In this document: piece by piece, positions 20,169 to 30,399 of the stretch
Layout of the letters: the number at the start of each line of letters is the position of its first letter
Numbering within the stretch: the first letter of the stretch is position 1
From: Candidatus Saccharimonadota bacterium
GTDB lineage: Bacteria > Patescibacteriota > Gracilibacteria > Absconditabacterales > Absconditicoccaceae
Length of the DNA: 32,000 nucleotides
NCBI GenBank assembly: GCA_000503875.1
Contig: CP006913.1
Span: 150,001-182,000, forward strand
Direction: 5' to 3'
Position numbers and translations under genes: made by a program
Notes under the pieces: generated by a model
Databases searched by the model: none
Seen by the model: the letters and a program-made list of their open reading frames with translations, nothing else
Told to the model about the DNA's origin: nothing

Positions 20169-22190
20169 TTAATCATCATATCCTTGTTCATCTAGAGTCA
20201 TACCAACAATAGCTTCTTCTGGAGCTAGATCTATAGCAGCTTGAGGATCTCTATTGATATAAACATACATTGGCATAATCATAGGAACTCTACCAATAAT
20301 TTTGGTAATAAATTCACCTAAATCTTCTTTGATAACCCTCAAGTTATCTTTGATATCCATACGTCTTTTGATGTTTTCATTGTATTTTGCTCTGGCAAAT
20401 TCTACAATTTGCGTATGAATAGTTTTTACTTCAGAAGAGTAAACAAATCATCTAGATTCAATCTGAATATTTCAGATAAGTTCTCTTGTTTTGGTGTCAA
20501 TTTTGAAAATCAACGAAACAACTCCACTTTCTGCCATAATTCCACGAGCTTTGATAACATATTCTCCAGATAAATGTCCTTTTCCTTTTCCATCTACAAG
20601 AATTTTATCAAGTTTAAGTCTTTCATTTGAAACAAGGACAACATCATCATACATTTCTATGATATTTCCATTAAGGTTTGGCATAAGAATTTTTTCGTTA
20701 GGCATTCCCATATCAAGAGCTATTTTTTTGTGAGCATATCTTTCTGCTGCTGGCATATAGAATGGCAAGAAAAAATTTGGTCTCAATAAACTTAAGAAAA
20801 GTTTATGATCTTCCATATATCCATGTCAACTAGCATGTACATCTATTTCATCATTTGTTATAAGATTAACATCTCTTACAACCAAATCATTGATCATATG
20901 ACCCACAGCTGATTCATTTCCTGGAATAGTAGAAGCAGACATCAATATGGTATCATCTTTTCTCAATTGAAGAACATTGTGTTCTCCTTTCGCCATTCTT
21001 GTTAATGCTGCAAATTCTTCTCCTTGAGCACCTGTAGAAAGAATAAGTACTCTATCATCAGGAAGAGTATCAATTTCGCTACTCAATTTACGAATAAATC
21101 AAGCTGGAACAGTAATATATCATAATTGCTGACAAATTTCTACATTGTTGATCATAGATCTTCCTGAAAGAAAAATAACTTTGTTATACCTAATAGCACT
21201 GTTGATAATTTGAATAATTCTTCATACATTAGATGCAAAGGTAGCAATAATCATTCTTGTTTTTGTGTTTTTGATAATATCGTCCAAATGTTTTCCAATT
21301 ACTTTTTCGGAAATAGACCATCCTGGTCTGTCTGCTCCAAGACTATCTCCAATGTATAATTTTACTCATTCAGTTCCAATTCTAGCAAGTTTTGCCAAAT
21401 CAGCTGGTTTATCAATAGCAGGCGTATGGTCAATTTTGAAATCAGATGAATTGAAAATAACTCCTTTTGGTGTTTGAATAGAAATAGATAATGTTTCTGG
21501 AATATTGTGGTTTACTCTTACAAATTCCAAAGAAAAACATCCTATTTTGAGCAAATCAACATCAGGATCTATAATTTTATATTTAATTTTTGCAGCTTCT
21601 TTTGGGTCATCAAAAGTTTTTTTGAGGATTCCTAAAGTAAGTGGGGTAGTATAAATCATAGGATAATCTAAGTCAGGAAGAATATCTCTAAGTGCTCAGA
21701 TATGATCTAAGTGACCGTGGGTCAAAACAATCCCTCTTAATTTTGCTTTGTTTTTTTTGATATAAGAAATATCTGGAATAATATAATCTGCACCCAATTC
21801 AGATTCCGCAGCGAATTCCATTCCTGCATCGATAATTATAAGGTCTTTATCATATTCTATAAAAAGGCATTGTCCAACTTGTTCTAATCCGAGCAAACTT
21901 CATATTCTTACTGGTTTTTCACCTTTCTTAATAAGTTTTTTGGGATCATCTATAAGTGTTGTGTTTTCTTGAGGCTTTGTGTGGCGTAAAAAAGCTTCAG
22001 AAGTTAATCTTTCTCTTTGAGGACCTCTTGGTGCTGGTCTTCTTGGGGGTACTCCACGAGGATTTGTTGATACTCCACGAGGATTTGTTGATACCACACG
22101 AGGAGTAGTTGGTACTCCACTAGGAATACTTGGTACGTTTGGTTTTGGATTGTTTTTTTTGTTGAAATCAATACTAAGATTTCATTGCAT
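20169..22190 (-). CDS. rnj: ribonuclease J (metallo-beta-lactamase/beta-CASP) with an N-terminal Pro/Arg-rich repeat extension
   Basis: Six track ORFs (20169..20360, 20472..20816, 20826..21086, 21366..21659, 21696..21896, 21900..22097) share one frame. IIIDAGMEF, LTHGHLDHI-G-A (TGA at 21696-21698), plus beta-CASP and C-terminal domains. ATG 22190 gives M-Q-G-NLSIDF. Confidence 0.9.
22050..22133. repeat. four 21-nt tandem repeats inside the rnj 5' region
   Basis: TACTCCACGAGGATTTGTTGA occurs twice exactly (22050-22070, 22071-22091), followed by two degenerate copies. These encode the heptads PSIPSGV-PTTPRVV-STNPRGV-STNPRGV. Confidence 0.8.
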
Positions 22191-22249
22191 AACTTGATTC
22201 ATGTTGTTGTAAATACATAAAATATAAAATTTATTTGTTTCTATTTCCA

Positions 22250-22795
22250 ATGAACGATTTGTTATTGAAACTCAGACAAAATGCAGAAATGAGGAGAGTC
22301 CCTATAATAAGTAGGCAGACAGAAGAATTTCTTAAAGAGCAGCTTCTGAAATATAAACCTCGTCATTGTATAGAAATAGGAAGTGCTATATGATATAGTA
22401 CAATCTTTGTTGCAGCCCTAATGCAAGCTTGGAACGGCCAAGTAACTTCATTTGAAGTGGCTTATCCAGCTTATTTGGAAGCGTTAATGCATATCAAAGA
22501 GGCGAACCTCCACAATATTACATTATATCCATTTGATATTGTCACTAGCGATGTAAGAAAATTTGTACCAAAAAAATGAGATTTTTTCTTTGTTGATTGA
22601 CAAAAAAGTCAGTATTGAGTATATTTACAGGAGATAGAAAATATAAAAGAAGAAAATAGTCTGATTATTATTGATGATGTCATCAAATTTCATAATAAGT
22701 TAGATTGATTATACGAATATCTTTCCAAAAAGCAAATTAATTATCAAATCCTTCCAATGGAGGAAGGAGATGGTATTATGATAATTAAGCACTAG
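22250..22795 (+). CDS. class I SAM-dependent O-methyltransferase (family 3, YrrM/TrmR-like)
   Basis: ATG 22250. PIISRQTEEFLKEQL..HCIEIGSAI-G-YSTIF (motif I), FFFVD-G-QKSQY, IIIDDV. Five in-frame TGA, so it is absent from the ORF track. TAG at 22793-22795. Confidence 0.7.
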
Positions 22796-23198
22796 GTGCT
22801 GGAATAATTTCTCCACCCAATTTAATTTTTTCTCCTTCAACTTCGAGTTGTTCTAGTTTTGCCAAAACAGAGTCATCAGTATAAATCCATTCTTGAGCTA
22901 CTGCAAAATCAGTTGTGTTTTCCAAAACATCTGGGGATTGTAAAACAGCTATTCTTTTATTATTATAAGAAATAAGATAATTTAAGAGATTGTTTTTTCC
23001 CAAGAAACATTGAATAGTGGTTTCTTCAATATCATATTCTCCAGGGTAATCTACAAGCGCATAATCAAGTTTTTGATAACGCATATCTTCCCCAATTGTT
23101 GTAGCAAGATTGATATATTTATTATTACCTTCACTTGCTCCCAAAAGGAGTTTGTTATCTAAAAGAAATCCATCATTTACTGCCTTAATAGTTGTCAT
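22785..23198 (-). CDS. hypothetical protein, 137 aa
   Basis: Intact ORF with no TGA. Its 3' end overlaps the convergent methyltransferase gene by 11 nt. Contains DYPGEYDIEETTI; I cannot place it in a family. Confidence 0.5.
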   Translation of the reverse strand: MTTIKAVNDGFLLDNKLLLGASEGNNKYINLATTIGEDMRYQKLDYALVDYPGEYDIEETTIQCFLGKNNLLNYLISYNNKRIAVLQSPDVLENTTDFAVAQEWIYTDDSVLAKLEQLEVEGEKIKLGGEIIPAPSA

Positions 23199-23340
23199 AA
23201 TATGTTAATATAAAAGAATAAAGATTTTATCACATAGAAAATTTAAAATTTTCTATTCGACTACGCTGGATATAAAACGATGTCGTAGTCCTTAGCGTAG
23301 TCTAAGGGTAAACTTCTTTGGGAAGTTTCTGCGTCTTATT

Positions 23341-24201
23341 TTATCCGAAAAAGTTTGGATTGATAAGTTGTAAGATAACTCCAGATGCTCCGAGAAGCGC
23401 TAATGCAGAAATAACATTACCTATTATTTTTCTTCATTTTTGAGCTCATTCTTCAGTTCATCAAGATGCAGAAATCATAACTCCACCAATCAAAATTCAT
23501 ACAAAACTAATCAAAAGAATAATAGAAACAAGTAATCTACTTAATCCTCACATAAGCACTGGGAAAGCTGTATTTTCATCAACAACAAGTCCAACACTAG
23601 GTTGAGTAGTAGAAGCTTTCTTATAAACAATACATTGTCAAATAAAAGGGACATTTGTATTGAGTAATATTCCTTCGCAACAAACAGTATCTTTTAGTTC
23701 AATATCGTAATAGGTTTTTTTACAGCATTTGCCTTGAGAATTCAGAAGTCATCAGGGACATGGTTCTTCATCTTTGTTTTTATTATCTTCACCCGTAATT
23801 TCACTTGAACTAGATGCACTTCAGTCTTTTGGATCAGTTGAGGCAGCAAGTGTTCCAGTTTGTGCGACACCTTTTTCTTGACCATCAACAGCACCAGTTG
23901 TAATTGTACATTTACCATTTTCCCATTTGTTAGTGGTGCATTCGCAGATATGACATTGTAGTCATTTTGGACACCCTCATACAGTAGATAAAGTACTTTT
24001 TGTATTATCTTTATTGCAATAGGTTTGCAGTCTTTGGCTACTTTCTGGATATTCACAGGTATAGAAATGTGATCAATGTGTAGCAGGTATTGTTTCTTGG
24101 GTTCTACAATCAACTCAATCAACTCAAAAGGTAATTCATCATCACAACAAAAAACTTATTCACAAAAACAAAACTAAACTATAGAATATATTTTTATACA
24201 T
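23341..24201 (-). CDS. secreted Cys-rich protein with C-terminal TrbC/VirB2-like pilin hairpin (paralogue A)
   Basis: Frame found by reading TGA as Gly (19 in-frame TGA out of about 36 Gly). MYKNIFYSLVLFLGISFLLGGGITFG signal peptide, about 20 Cys, then TAFPVLMGGLSRLLVSIILLISFVGILIGGVMISASGGTEEGAQKGRKIIGNVISALALLGASGVILQLINPNFFG and stop. Standard-code ORFs here are in the wrong frame or strand. Confidence 0.65.
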
Positions 24202-24220
24202 ATGTTTTTTTGAAATTAAA

Positions 24221-24850
24221 TTATCCAAAAAAGTTTGGATTGATAAGACGAAGGATAACTCCAGATGCCCCTAAAAGAGCCAAAGCTACAATAACTTTTC
24301 CGATAAGCGCTTTTCCTTTGGATGCTCAACTATCATCACCACCAGAAGCAGAGATCATTACTCAACCAGCTAATATGCCTACAAATCCCATCAAAATAAT
24401 CACGGTAACCAATATTTTAGTAAGTCCTCACATAAGTATAGGAAAAGCAGTTCTTTCAGTAACTTTACTTTCATTTGCATCGTTAGATCAATCATCTGTA
24501 GATCATTTAGATAGTTCTATACAATTTCCTATAAAAGGTACATTGGTATTGAGTTGGATTCCACAACAGACTCATGTATCTGTACAAGGAACACATCATT
24601 TTTTTTCAACTGCTTTAGTTCAATCTGGACAGATCAATCATTTAAATCAAGTGTCTGCTGTTTCTAAATTTTTGTCCTCTGTAGTATATGTCTTTGGTCA
24701 GTATTTTGTATTATCAACATTTGTTGCAGTATTTTGATAAATATTCGTACTTGGCGGAGTAAGCGTAATTTCAGCAGCTGGATTTTGTGCTAATGTAATA
24801 TTTCCAAGCATCAAAAATCCTATACCCATTATTCAAACAATTTTTTTCAT
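24221..24850 (-). CDS. secreted Cys-rich protein with C-terminal TrbC/VirB2-like pilin hairpin (paralogue B)
   Basis: ATG 24850: MKKIV-G-IMGIGFLMLGNITLAQN signal peptide. 12 in-frame TGA out of about 28 Gly. Shares CCxGIxLNTNVPFIGxCI and the whole C-terminal hairpin (..GGVMISASGG..ALALLGASGVILRLINPNFFG) with paralogue A. Confidence 0.65.
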
Positions 24851-24878
24851 CGAAGAAAAATTCATTATAAGAAGTTAA

Positions 24879-25319
24879 TTATAAAGTATTAATTATTTCA
24901 TTTACCAAGCTTCCATCAATTTCTCCTTTATATGTTGCCATAAGAGCTTTCATAACTTGTCATCTTCCTGTTTTGATATCAGTAATACCTAATTCTGCGA
25001 TAGTTTTTTTGATAGCTTCTTCGGTTTTTTCTCTCGATAAAGTCTGAGGAAGATAGAATTCTAATATTGTTTTTTTCTGCTTTTCTTCTTCTAATTCCTG
25101 TGCTTTGTCTGCTTTTTCCAAAAAACTGATACTTTCATTGAGTGCTTTTACTTCTTTTTTGATAATTTGAATAATATCAGCATCTTCAGGGTCTTTTTGA
25201 AGTTCTATTTTTTTGTTTTTGATCTGAGCAAGTGCATAGTTGAGAATTATTTTCTTTATTTCGTTCTTGTCTCTCATTGCTTGTTTTCGATCTTCAGTAA
25301 TTTGAGAAAGTAAGGTCAT
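24879..25319 (-). CDS. yqeY: GatB/YqeY domain protein
   Basis: Track ORF 24960..25319 (LSQITEDRKQAMRDKNE..YLPQTLSREKTEEAIKKTIAELG) continues through TGA at 24960-24962 into QVMKALMATYKGEIDGSLVNEIINTL, the typical YqeY C-terminus. TAA at 24879-24881. Confidence 0.8.
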
Positions 25320-25410
25320 AACTAGAAATTGTCAGAAAATAAATTTGCAAATTTAACGCTTTCAGTCCGTCATAATCAAATACTATAAAGGATTGAAAAC
25401 ATTAAAAACT

Positions 25411-25491
25411 TACCGAGGAAGGGACTCGAACCCTCAAGCCTTACGGCATACGCACCTCAAGCGTACATGTATACCATTCCACCACCTCGGC
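25411..25491 (-). tRNA. tRNA-Leu (anticodon GAG), class II with long variable arm
   Basis: Minus strand reads GCCGAGG-TG-GTG..CAT-G-TACGC-TTGAGGT-GCGTA-TGCCGTAAGGCT-GAGGG-TTCGAGT-CCCTT-CCTCGGT-A. The anticodon stem is perfect and the T-loop is TTCGAGT. No CCA is encoded. Position 1:72 would be a G-U pair. Confidence 0.85.
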
Positions 25492-25561
25492 ACAATGTAA
25501 ATTGATACTAATCTTCACCAAAGAATCAAGAGAAAAGGAAATTATTACTCATAAATAAAAT

Positions 25562-26551
25562 TTATAAAACTTTAGTTAAAACTTTTTGCATTTTTATAAT
25601 TTTCTTTTGATAAGGGTATACTTTGGTTTTTGTGCCAAGAAATGATGCAATCAAAAAAAGATGTAATCTCGTACTAATAACAATTTCAGCTCATTTCACG
25701 ACATCAAGAAATGTTGTAAAATCACGTTCCCAATCCAATAATTCAAGGTGGGTATTGTATTTCAAAAGGTCATAATATTTTCCATCATTATATTCTATAT
25801 TTTTTCCTTTACTCACAGGAACATAGTAAATATGAAATCCTTTTTTTACGTACTGTTGAATATCATTTATAATATTTTCCAAAAATTTTTCTCCATTTTT
25901 ATTTACGTTGACAATAATATATTTCGCTTTTCCTATTTTGCTTTTCTCTTTTTTCCACTCCCACGCAAAATATGCCGTATCCATAAAGAATTCGACATCT
26001 TTATATCAATATATTTTCAATGCGTCAACCGTTTCGAAGTCTCTTGCATAAATATGCGTTGTTTTTTGAAGAAGATAATTAAATAATTTTATATTCAGAT
26101 TTTTGTTTGGTATTTGTATTCATCCCATAAGATAAATATCGACTTTCACGAGAGTTTTTTTCATCAATATTGGTAATAAGGAGACGAGTCGGTATCGATA
26201 AGAATTAGGATTTTCCTCCGTGAGAATTTCTCAGCCACCAACAATTACACTATGAATCTTTCTATATTCCCAGATTTCACTCCATCATTGTTTCCAGATA
26301 TAACGTAGTAATGACCTTACTCCCTTGGGGATTTCTGTGAGAAAAGTGATATCTGAAATATCCACAAATTGCTTGAGAAATCCCCTCAGCCACTTGGGAT
26401 CATATGCTTGTATCCATATTTTTTTGCCTTGTTGTTGAAGAAGTTTGATTGTCCCTGCCAAAATTAACTCGTCTCCTAAATTTTTGTAGGATCGGTTCCC
26501 AATAATCAATACGTTCGTTCATTGGATATTCAGATTATTATTTGTTTTCAT
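25562..26551 (-). CDS. polysaccharide pyruvyl transferase (CsaB-like)
   Basis: ATG 26551. Track ORFs 26285..26509 and 25691..25984 share one frame; I translated the gap and found only TGA. Motifs NRSYKNLGDELIL, VIVGGGEILTEE, ISTRLHLFLIASFLGTKTKVYPYQKK. TAA at 25562-25564. Confidence 0.7.
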
Positions 26552-26556
26552 ATAGA

Positions 26557-26579
26557 GAAAAAGGGGCTAAATTGCCCCT
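26557..26579 (-). terminator. rho-independent terminator after the giant membrane protein gene
   Basis: Minus strand reads AGGGGC-AATTTA-GCCCCT followed by TTTTT. Confidence 0.75.
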
Positions 26580-26614
26580 AGTATAGTAGTTATTTCTTTT
26601 GTTTCAATGGATTT

Positions 26615-29600
26615 TTATTGTTGAGGTGTTGTTGTTTGATGAATTGTTCTCCATCGATTGTTTAGATATGATTCTAGAAGAAGTTTATTTGATCTTTCAT
26701 CAAATTTCTCACTATTTTTTGTTAAACCATCTTCAGAGAAAACTCTAATTGTCTTTTCTTTTCCATAGAATTCTAGGGCTCATAAGTAGGTTGTGTCAAA
26801 AGCATCATCACCGATATCTCCATTTGTTTCTTTGTCGATAGTAACCGATTTTGCTTTGTTGATAGCATTTGTTACTTTAAATAATTCTTCATAAGTCTCA
26901 AAAGACAGAGATAATCAAGTTATTTTTTTTGAAGTAAGATCAATAGGTGTTGATTGTTCATATGTCTTCAAAGAAACATTTCCTTTTTCATCTTTTTCAA
27001 ATTTAATATTTTTTTCTTCAGAAGGATGCTCTTTATAAAAAGCTTTGAATCCATCTATGATTTTTTTTCTAGTATCAGAATTTGTAAAGTTTTCTATAAC
27101 AGGAAAGAATCATTCTGCTTTATCTTGCATTAACCAAAGATTATTGAGATATTCTATATAAAGTTGTTTGTTGCTTGTTTCAGTTAATTTAGGAGAAACA
27201 GTTCTCAAACCACCTCGCCACAATCCATCAGAAACAGCTGCCACATCTGGTCTTCGATTTCGTATAGATTTATCATCAAATATTATATCATCATTAGCAA
27301 TTTTTTGACCAAAAGGATCTATTATTTTTTGTGATTGTATGTTTTCAAATGTGCTTCTAATTTTGTTGGTTAGATTTGCTGTTTTAAACATATCTTCAAA
27401 GTTACCAAAATCTATATTTAGACCAGCAACTTGATTTTTATTGAAATCAATAGGCGTTGTTTTTCTATAACTGTTTACGTTCAATGTATTTCCAGCAGCA
27501 ACTAATTCAACTCAAATAGTTTTGATGCTAGGATATTTTTGGTAAAATTCTTTATAATCTTTTTTGATTTTTTCTTTTGCTGCTTCAGAAAGATCGAGTT
27601 TGTTTATTTCATCTATATCTTTTTGTAATTTTTCTTGATCTATAATATTTGCATCAATTTCTTCTTCAACTTCTTCTGTTGTGTCTAATGCAGCACTTCA
27701 AGTAGCGACAGTAGGAATTACAAATGATTCGTTACTATTTGTTCATCCTTTTCGATGTTTCTGATTATTTAAATAATTAACATAGGCATCTTTGCTTGCA
27801 TCACCTGCAAGTTGTTGAGATATTTTTTCTAATCCATCATTAGAAATCATAGTCACATCTTGATTCCATACTTTATATCGTTCAGTATTATCAAAAGTTA
27901 TTCTGCTACCTACTCCAGCTATTCACTTTTCAATATAGAAAGGTTTATCTGTTTTTATAGGTGTAAGATTTCTAGTTAAGTTCTTTATTCTGTTTGTTAA
28001 ATTAGCTACACGAAGAAGTTCCTTAGTCATAGGAAATGTCATGGCAGATCCATTTTGATTTACAAGTCCAGGAATTGATTTATTCCCAAGATCCAATGGA
28101 GTAGATTCATTGTGTGTAGTCAAAACAAGTTTTCCATTTTGTTTTTCTAGATTAATATCTGCTTTTGAATCCATATAGAATTGATAAACAGCTTCATGAA
28201 GTTGCTTTTTTTCATCTTCAGTGACATCTGTAAGCGCATCAATTTGGGTATCTAGTTTTGTTTTTATTTCAGGAGCAATATCTACTGCTTTTTCAAATAC
28301 ACCTAGTGATTCTAATTCGGCTAATGTAGGAGAACCTGTTTTTACAAAAGATACAATTCTATCGTCCACTTCTTTGTTGGTTTGATCATATCAATTGTCT
28401 ATCATATGTTTGTTAATAAGTAGTGCTCTTTGAATAACATCATTAGCTAGTTTATCAAATTTTTCTTTTTCATTTTTTGGATCACTTAATGTTGCTCGAT
28501 CTAGACCGACACCTTTCAAAGCAAAATCTACAATGCCTTTTTCATCTTCTTTTCCTATGTTTTCCAAAAATTCTTTTCTCATTTTTGCTTGATTGATTTC
28601 ATCAGCTGTTTTTCCTGTTGGATTTTGAATAATATTCTTATAATTAATCATTTGTGCTTCTCGAATATCTGGTTTAATTCTCATTTTTCAATCGCTTCAT
28701 AATTGAAGCATATCTTTCATTTTTCCGTATGTTTCTTGTCCAAAAAGAAGTGATGCTCAACTTACAGATTGTGCAAGTTGTTCTATTCAAGGTGATTGAG
28801 CACCATTTTCTTTATTATTATCTCCTTTAATCCATCCAAGTATTTTATTAAAAGTAGTTGCTCATTCTCATCCTTTAAACAAATCTTGAGGTCTTCCAGC
28901 TGTAAAAAGAAGAAGTCATGCAGCTCCTCATAACCATCACCAATTGCTAGCATCTTTATAGCCATCTTTTTTAAACATTATATTCCATGTACTTTTAATG
29001 GCTTTCCATCAAAGAAATATTCCTCCAGCAAGAAGTGCAACATTCCCAAAAGATTTATAAAAATTTTGACCTCTCTCCGTGGTATTTTGAATTCATTTTG
29101 ATGCATTATCAAGATAAGAAAATAGTCATTTTTCTGTATTTTGATCAATATTTTCATTTACTGAATCGTTATTAGTACCTGTTACTGTTTTTTCTTTATT
29201 ATCTGCATCTCCTGCGATATTAACATTTCCTCATTGATCAACACCTGCAGGATTTGTGATAACAATATTTTTTGCTAAATAAGGATGTTCGTTTTGTAAG
29301 TTCTTAAGAAGAGTAGTAGTGTATTCGTATGCTTCTTTGTTTTTTGGTGTATAAGGATATTTAGTAGGATCTTTTTTGTTATTTACAATATCTTCAAGAT
29401 ATTTTTGAAAATCTGCCAAATCTTCTGCGCGCATTTGTTCTAAAGTCGCGTTTCCAGTTATTGCATCAACCTTGGCTTGTCTTTTATTGTAGCTTTTTAT
29501 TGCGTTTAAATAATCTTTAGCATCTTTTTGACTAAATTTAGTTGCATCTATGTTGTATGCTGGAGTAATATCAGCTGTTCAGCTTCTTAAAGCTTCATCT

Positions 29601-30304
29601 TGTGATTCAAAGAGAGGAACGTTATCACTAAGTTTATCTAATTGTTGAGAGATATTCTTTAATTTATTTTCGATAAGAGGATCAGAAATATCTAATTCTC
29701 TCATTTTCTTTTCAACATTTCTTAGATCTTTAAGGCGTCTTTCTGATTCATCTTTATGTATTTCTCGATATCTTCTTTCTTGTTTAGATCTGGCATATTT
29801 TGCAGTAAGTCGAAATTGTTCTCTTCTTCCACTATCTTTTTGATCATCAAAAAACTTTTTGAGTTCGTTAATTCTTCGATTGATAACAGTTGGGTTTGTT
29901 GTTCTTTCATGATGAGCTAAGATCTCATTACGCAAAGCCTTTATTTCGTTTGAAGTACCACGAGTAATAATAAGTTGATCTTTTTCTAATCCTGATAAAC
30001 GAACAGCAATATTCTCATCTACCTGTTTTTGTTGTTCAAGAAAACTTAATATAAATTTCTCTACATCATAACCATTTGCTAGCGCAAATTTTGTTTCTTG
30101 TTTGTTGTTGCCCAAAAGAGTAAAGATGTAGCTATCTCAATTTTTTTGTATTTTAATATCTTTGAGATCTTTTACATTATTTTCATTTAGGGTTAGCAAA
30201 AACTGGGCCTCATTGTTTATAAAACTCAATGGGGCAGTGTCTTTTACCTCTGAGATCTGGATTGTCTTACTATCCATTGTGTAATCGATAAATAAAAGTT
30301 TCAT
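26615..30304 (-). CDS. giant orphan membrane protein (about 1229 aa): N-terminal coiled-coil region, central TM hairpin, repeated C-terminal modules
   Basis: Track ORFs 30137..30373, 29579..30115, 29231..29434, 28391..28684, 27923..28369 and 27110..27484 all share one frame. I translated every gap and found about 23 in-frame TGA and no TAA/TAG until TAA at 26615-26617. Start taken at ATG 30304 (alternative 30277), downstream of the preceding terminator. Confidence 0.7.
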
Positions 30305-30334
30305 TACCAAGTATATTCCAAAAAACTTTTCAAT

Positions 30335-30368
30335 CAAAAAAAATCCACCTTTTATATAAAATGGATTT
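30335..30368 (-). terminator. probable rho-independent terminator between the 197-aa gene and the giant gene
   Basis: Minus strand reads AAATCCA..loop..TGGATTT followed by T8. The loop is long and AT-rich. Confidence 0.45.
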
Positions 30369-30399
30369 GACAATTTATTTTTAAATGATTTAATATGTT

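Noticed and set aside
22785-22795. 11-nt overlap of the convergent methyltransferase and 137-aa genes as a regulatory feature
   Set aside because: Short 3' overlaps are common in compact CPR genomes, and there is no additional structure to support a special role.
23742-24122. 126-aa minus-strand ORF in the ORF track
   Set aside because: It is in a different frame from the stop-anchored, paralogue-supported reading of gene 23341..24201, and its translation lacks a signal peptide or any similarity to the neighbouring paralogue.
24210-24737. 175-aa plus-strand ORF, the longest standard-code ORF in this region
   Set aside because: It has a low-complexity, Ser/Pro/Ile-rich translation with no motifs. 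It is the antisense shadow of the minus-strand pilin-like gene 24221..24850, whose many TGA codons (TCA on the plus strand) keep the plus frame open. The minus-strand reading gives a signal peptide, conserved Cys pattern and a TM hairpin shared with its paralogue.
23341-24850. Diversity-generating retroelement (template/variable repeat) as the explanation for the two similar gene 3' regions
   Set aside because: The similarity covers the conserved TM hairpin rather than a variable ligand-binding tip. The differences are not adenine-specific, and no reverse transcriptase is present in the window.
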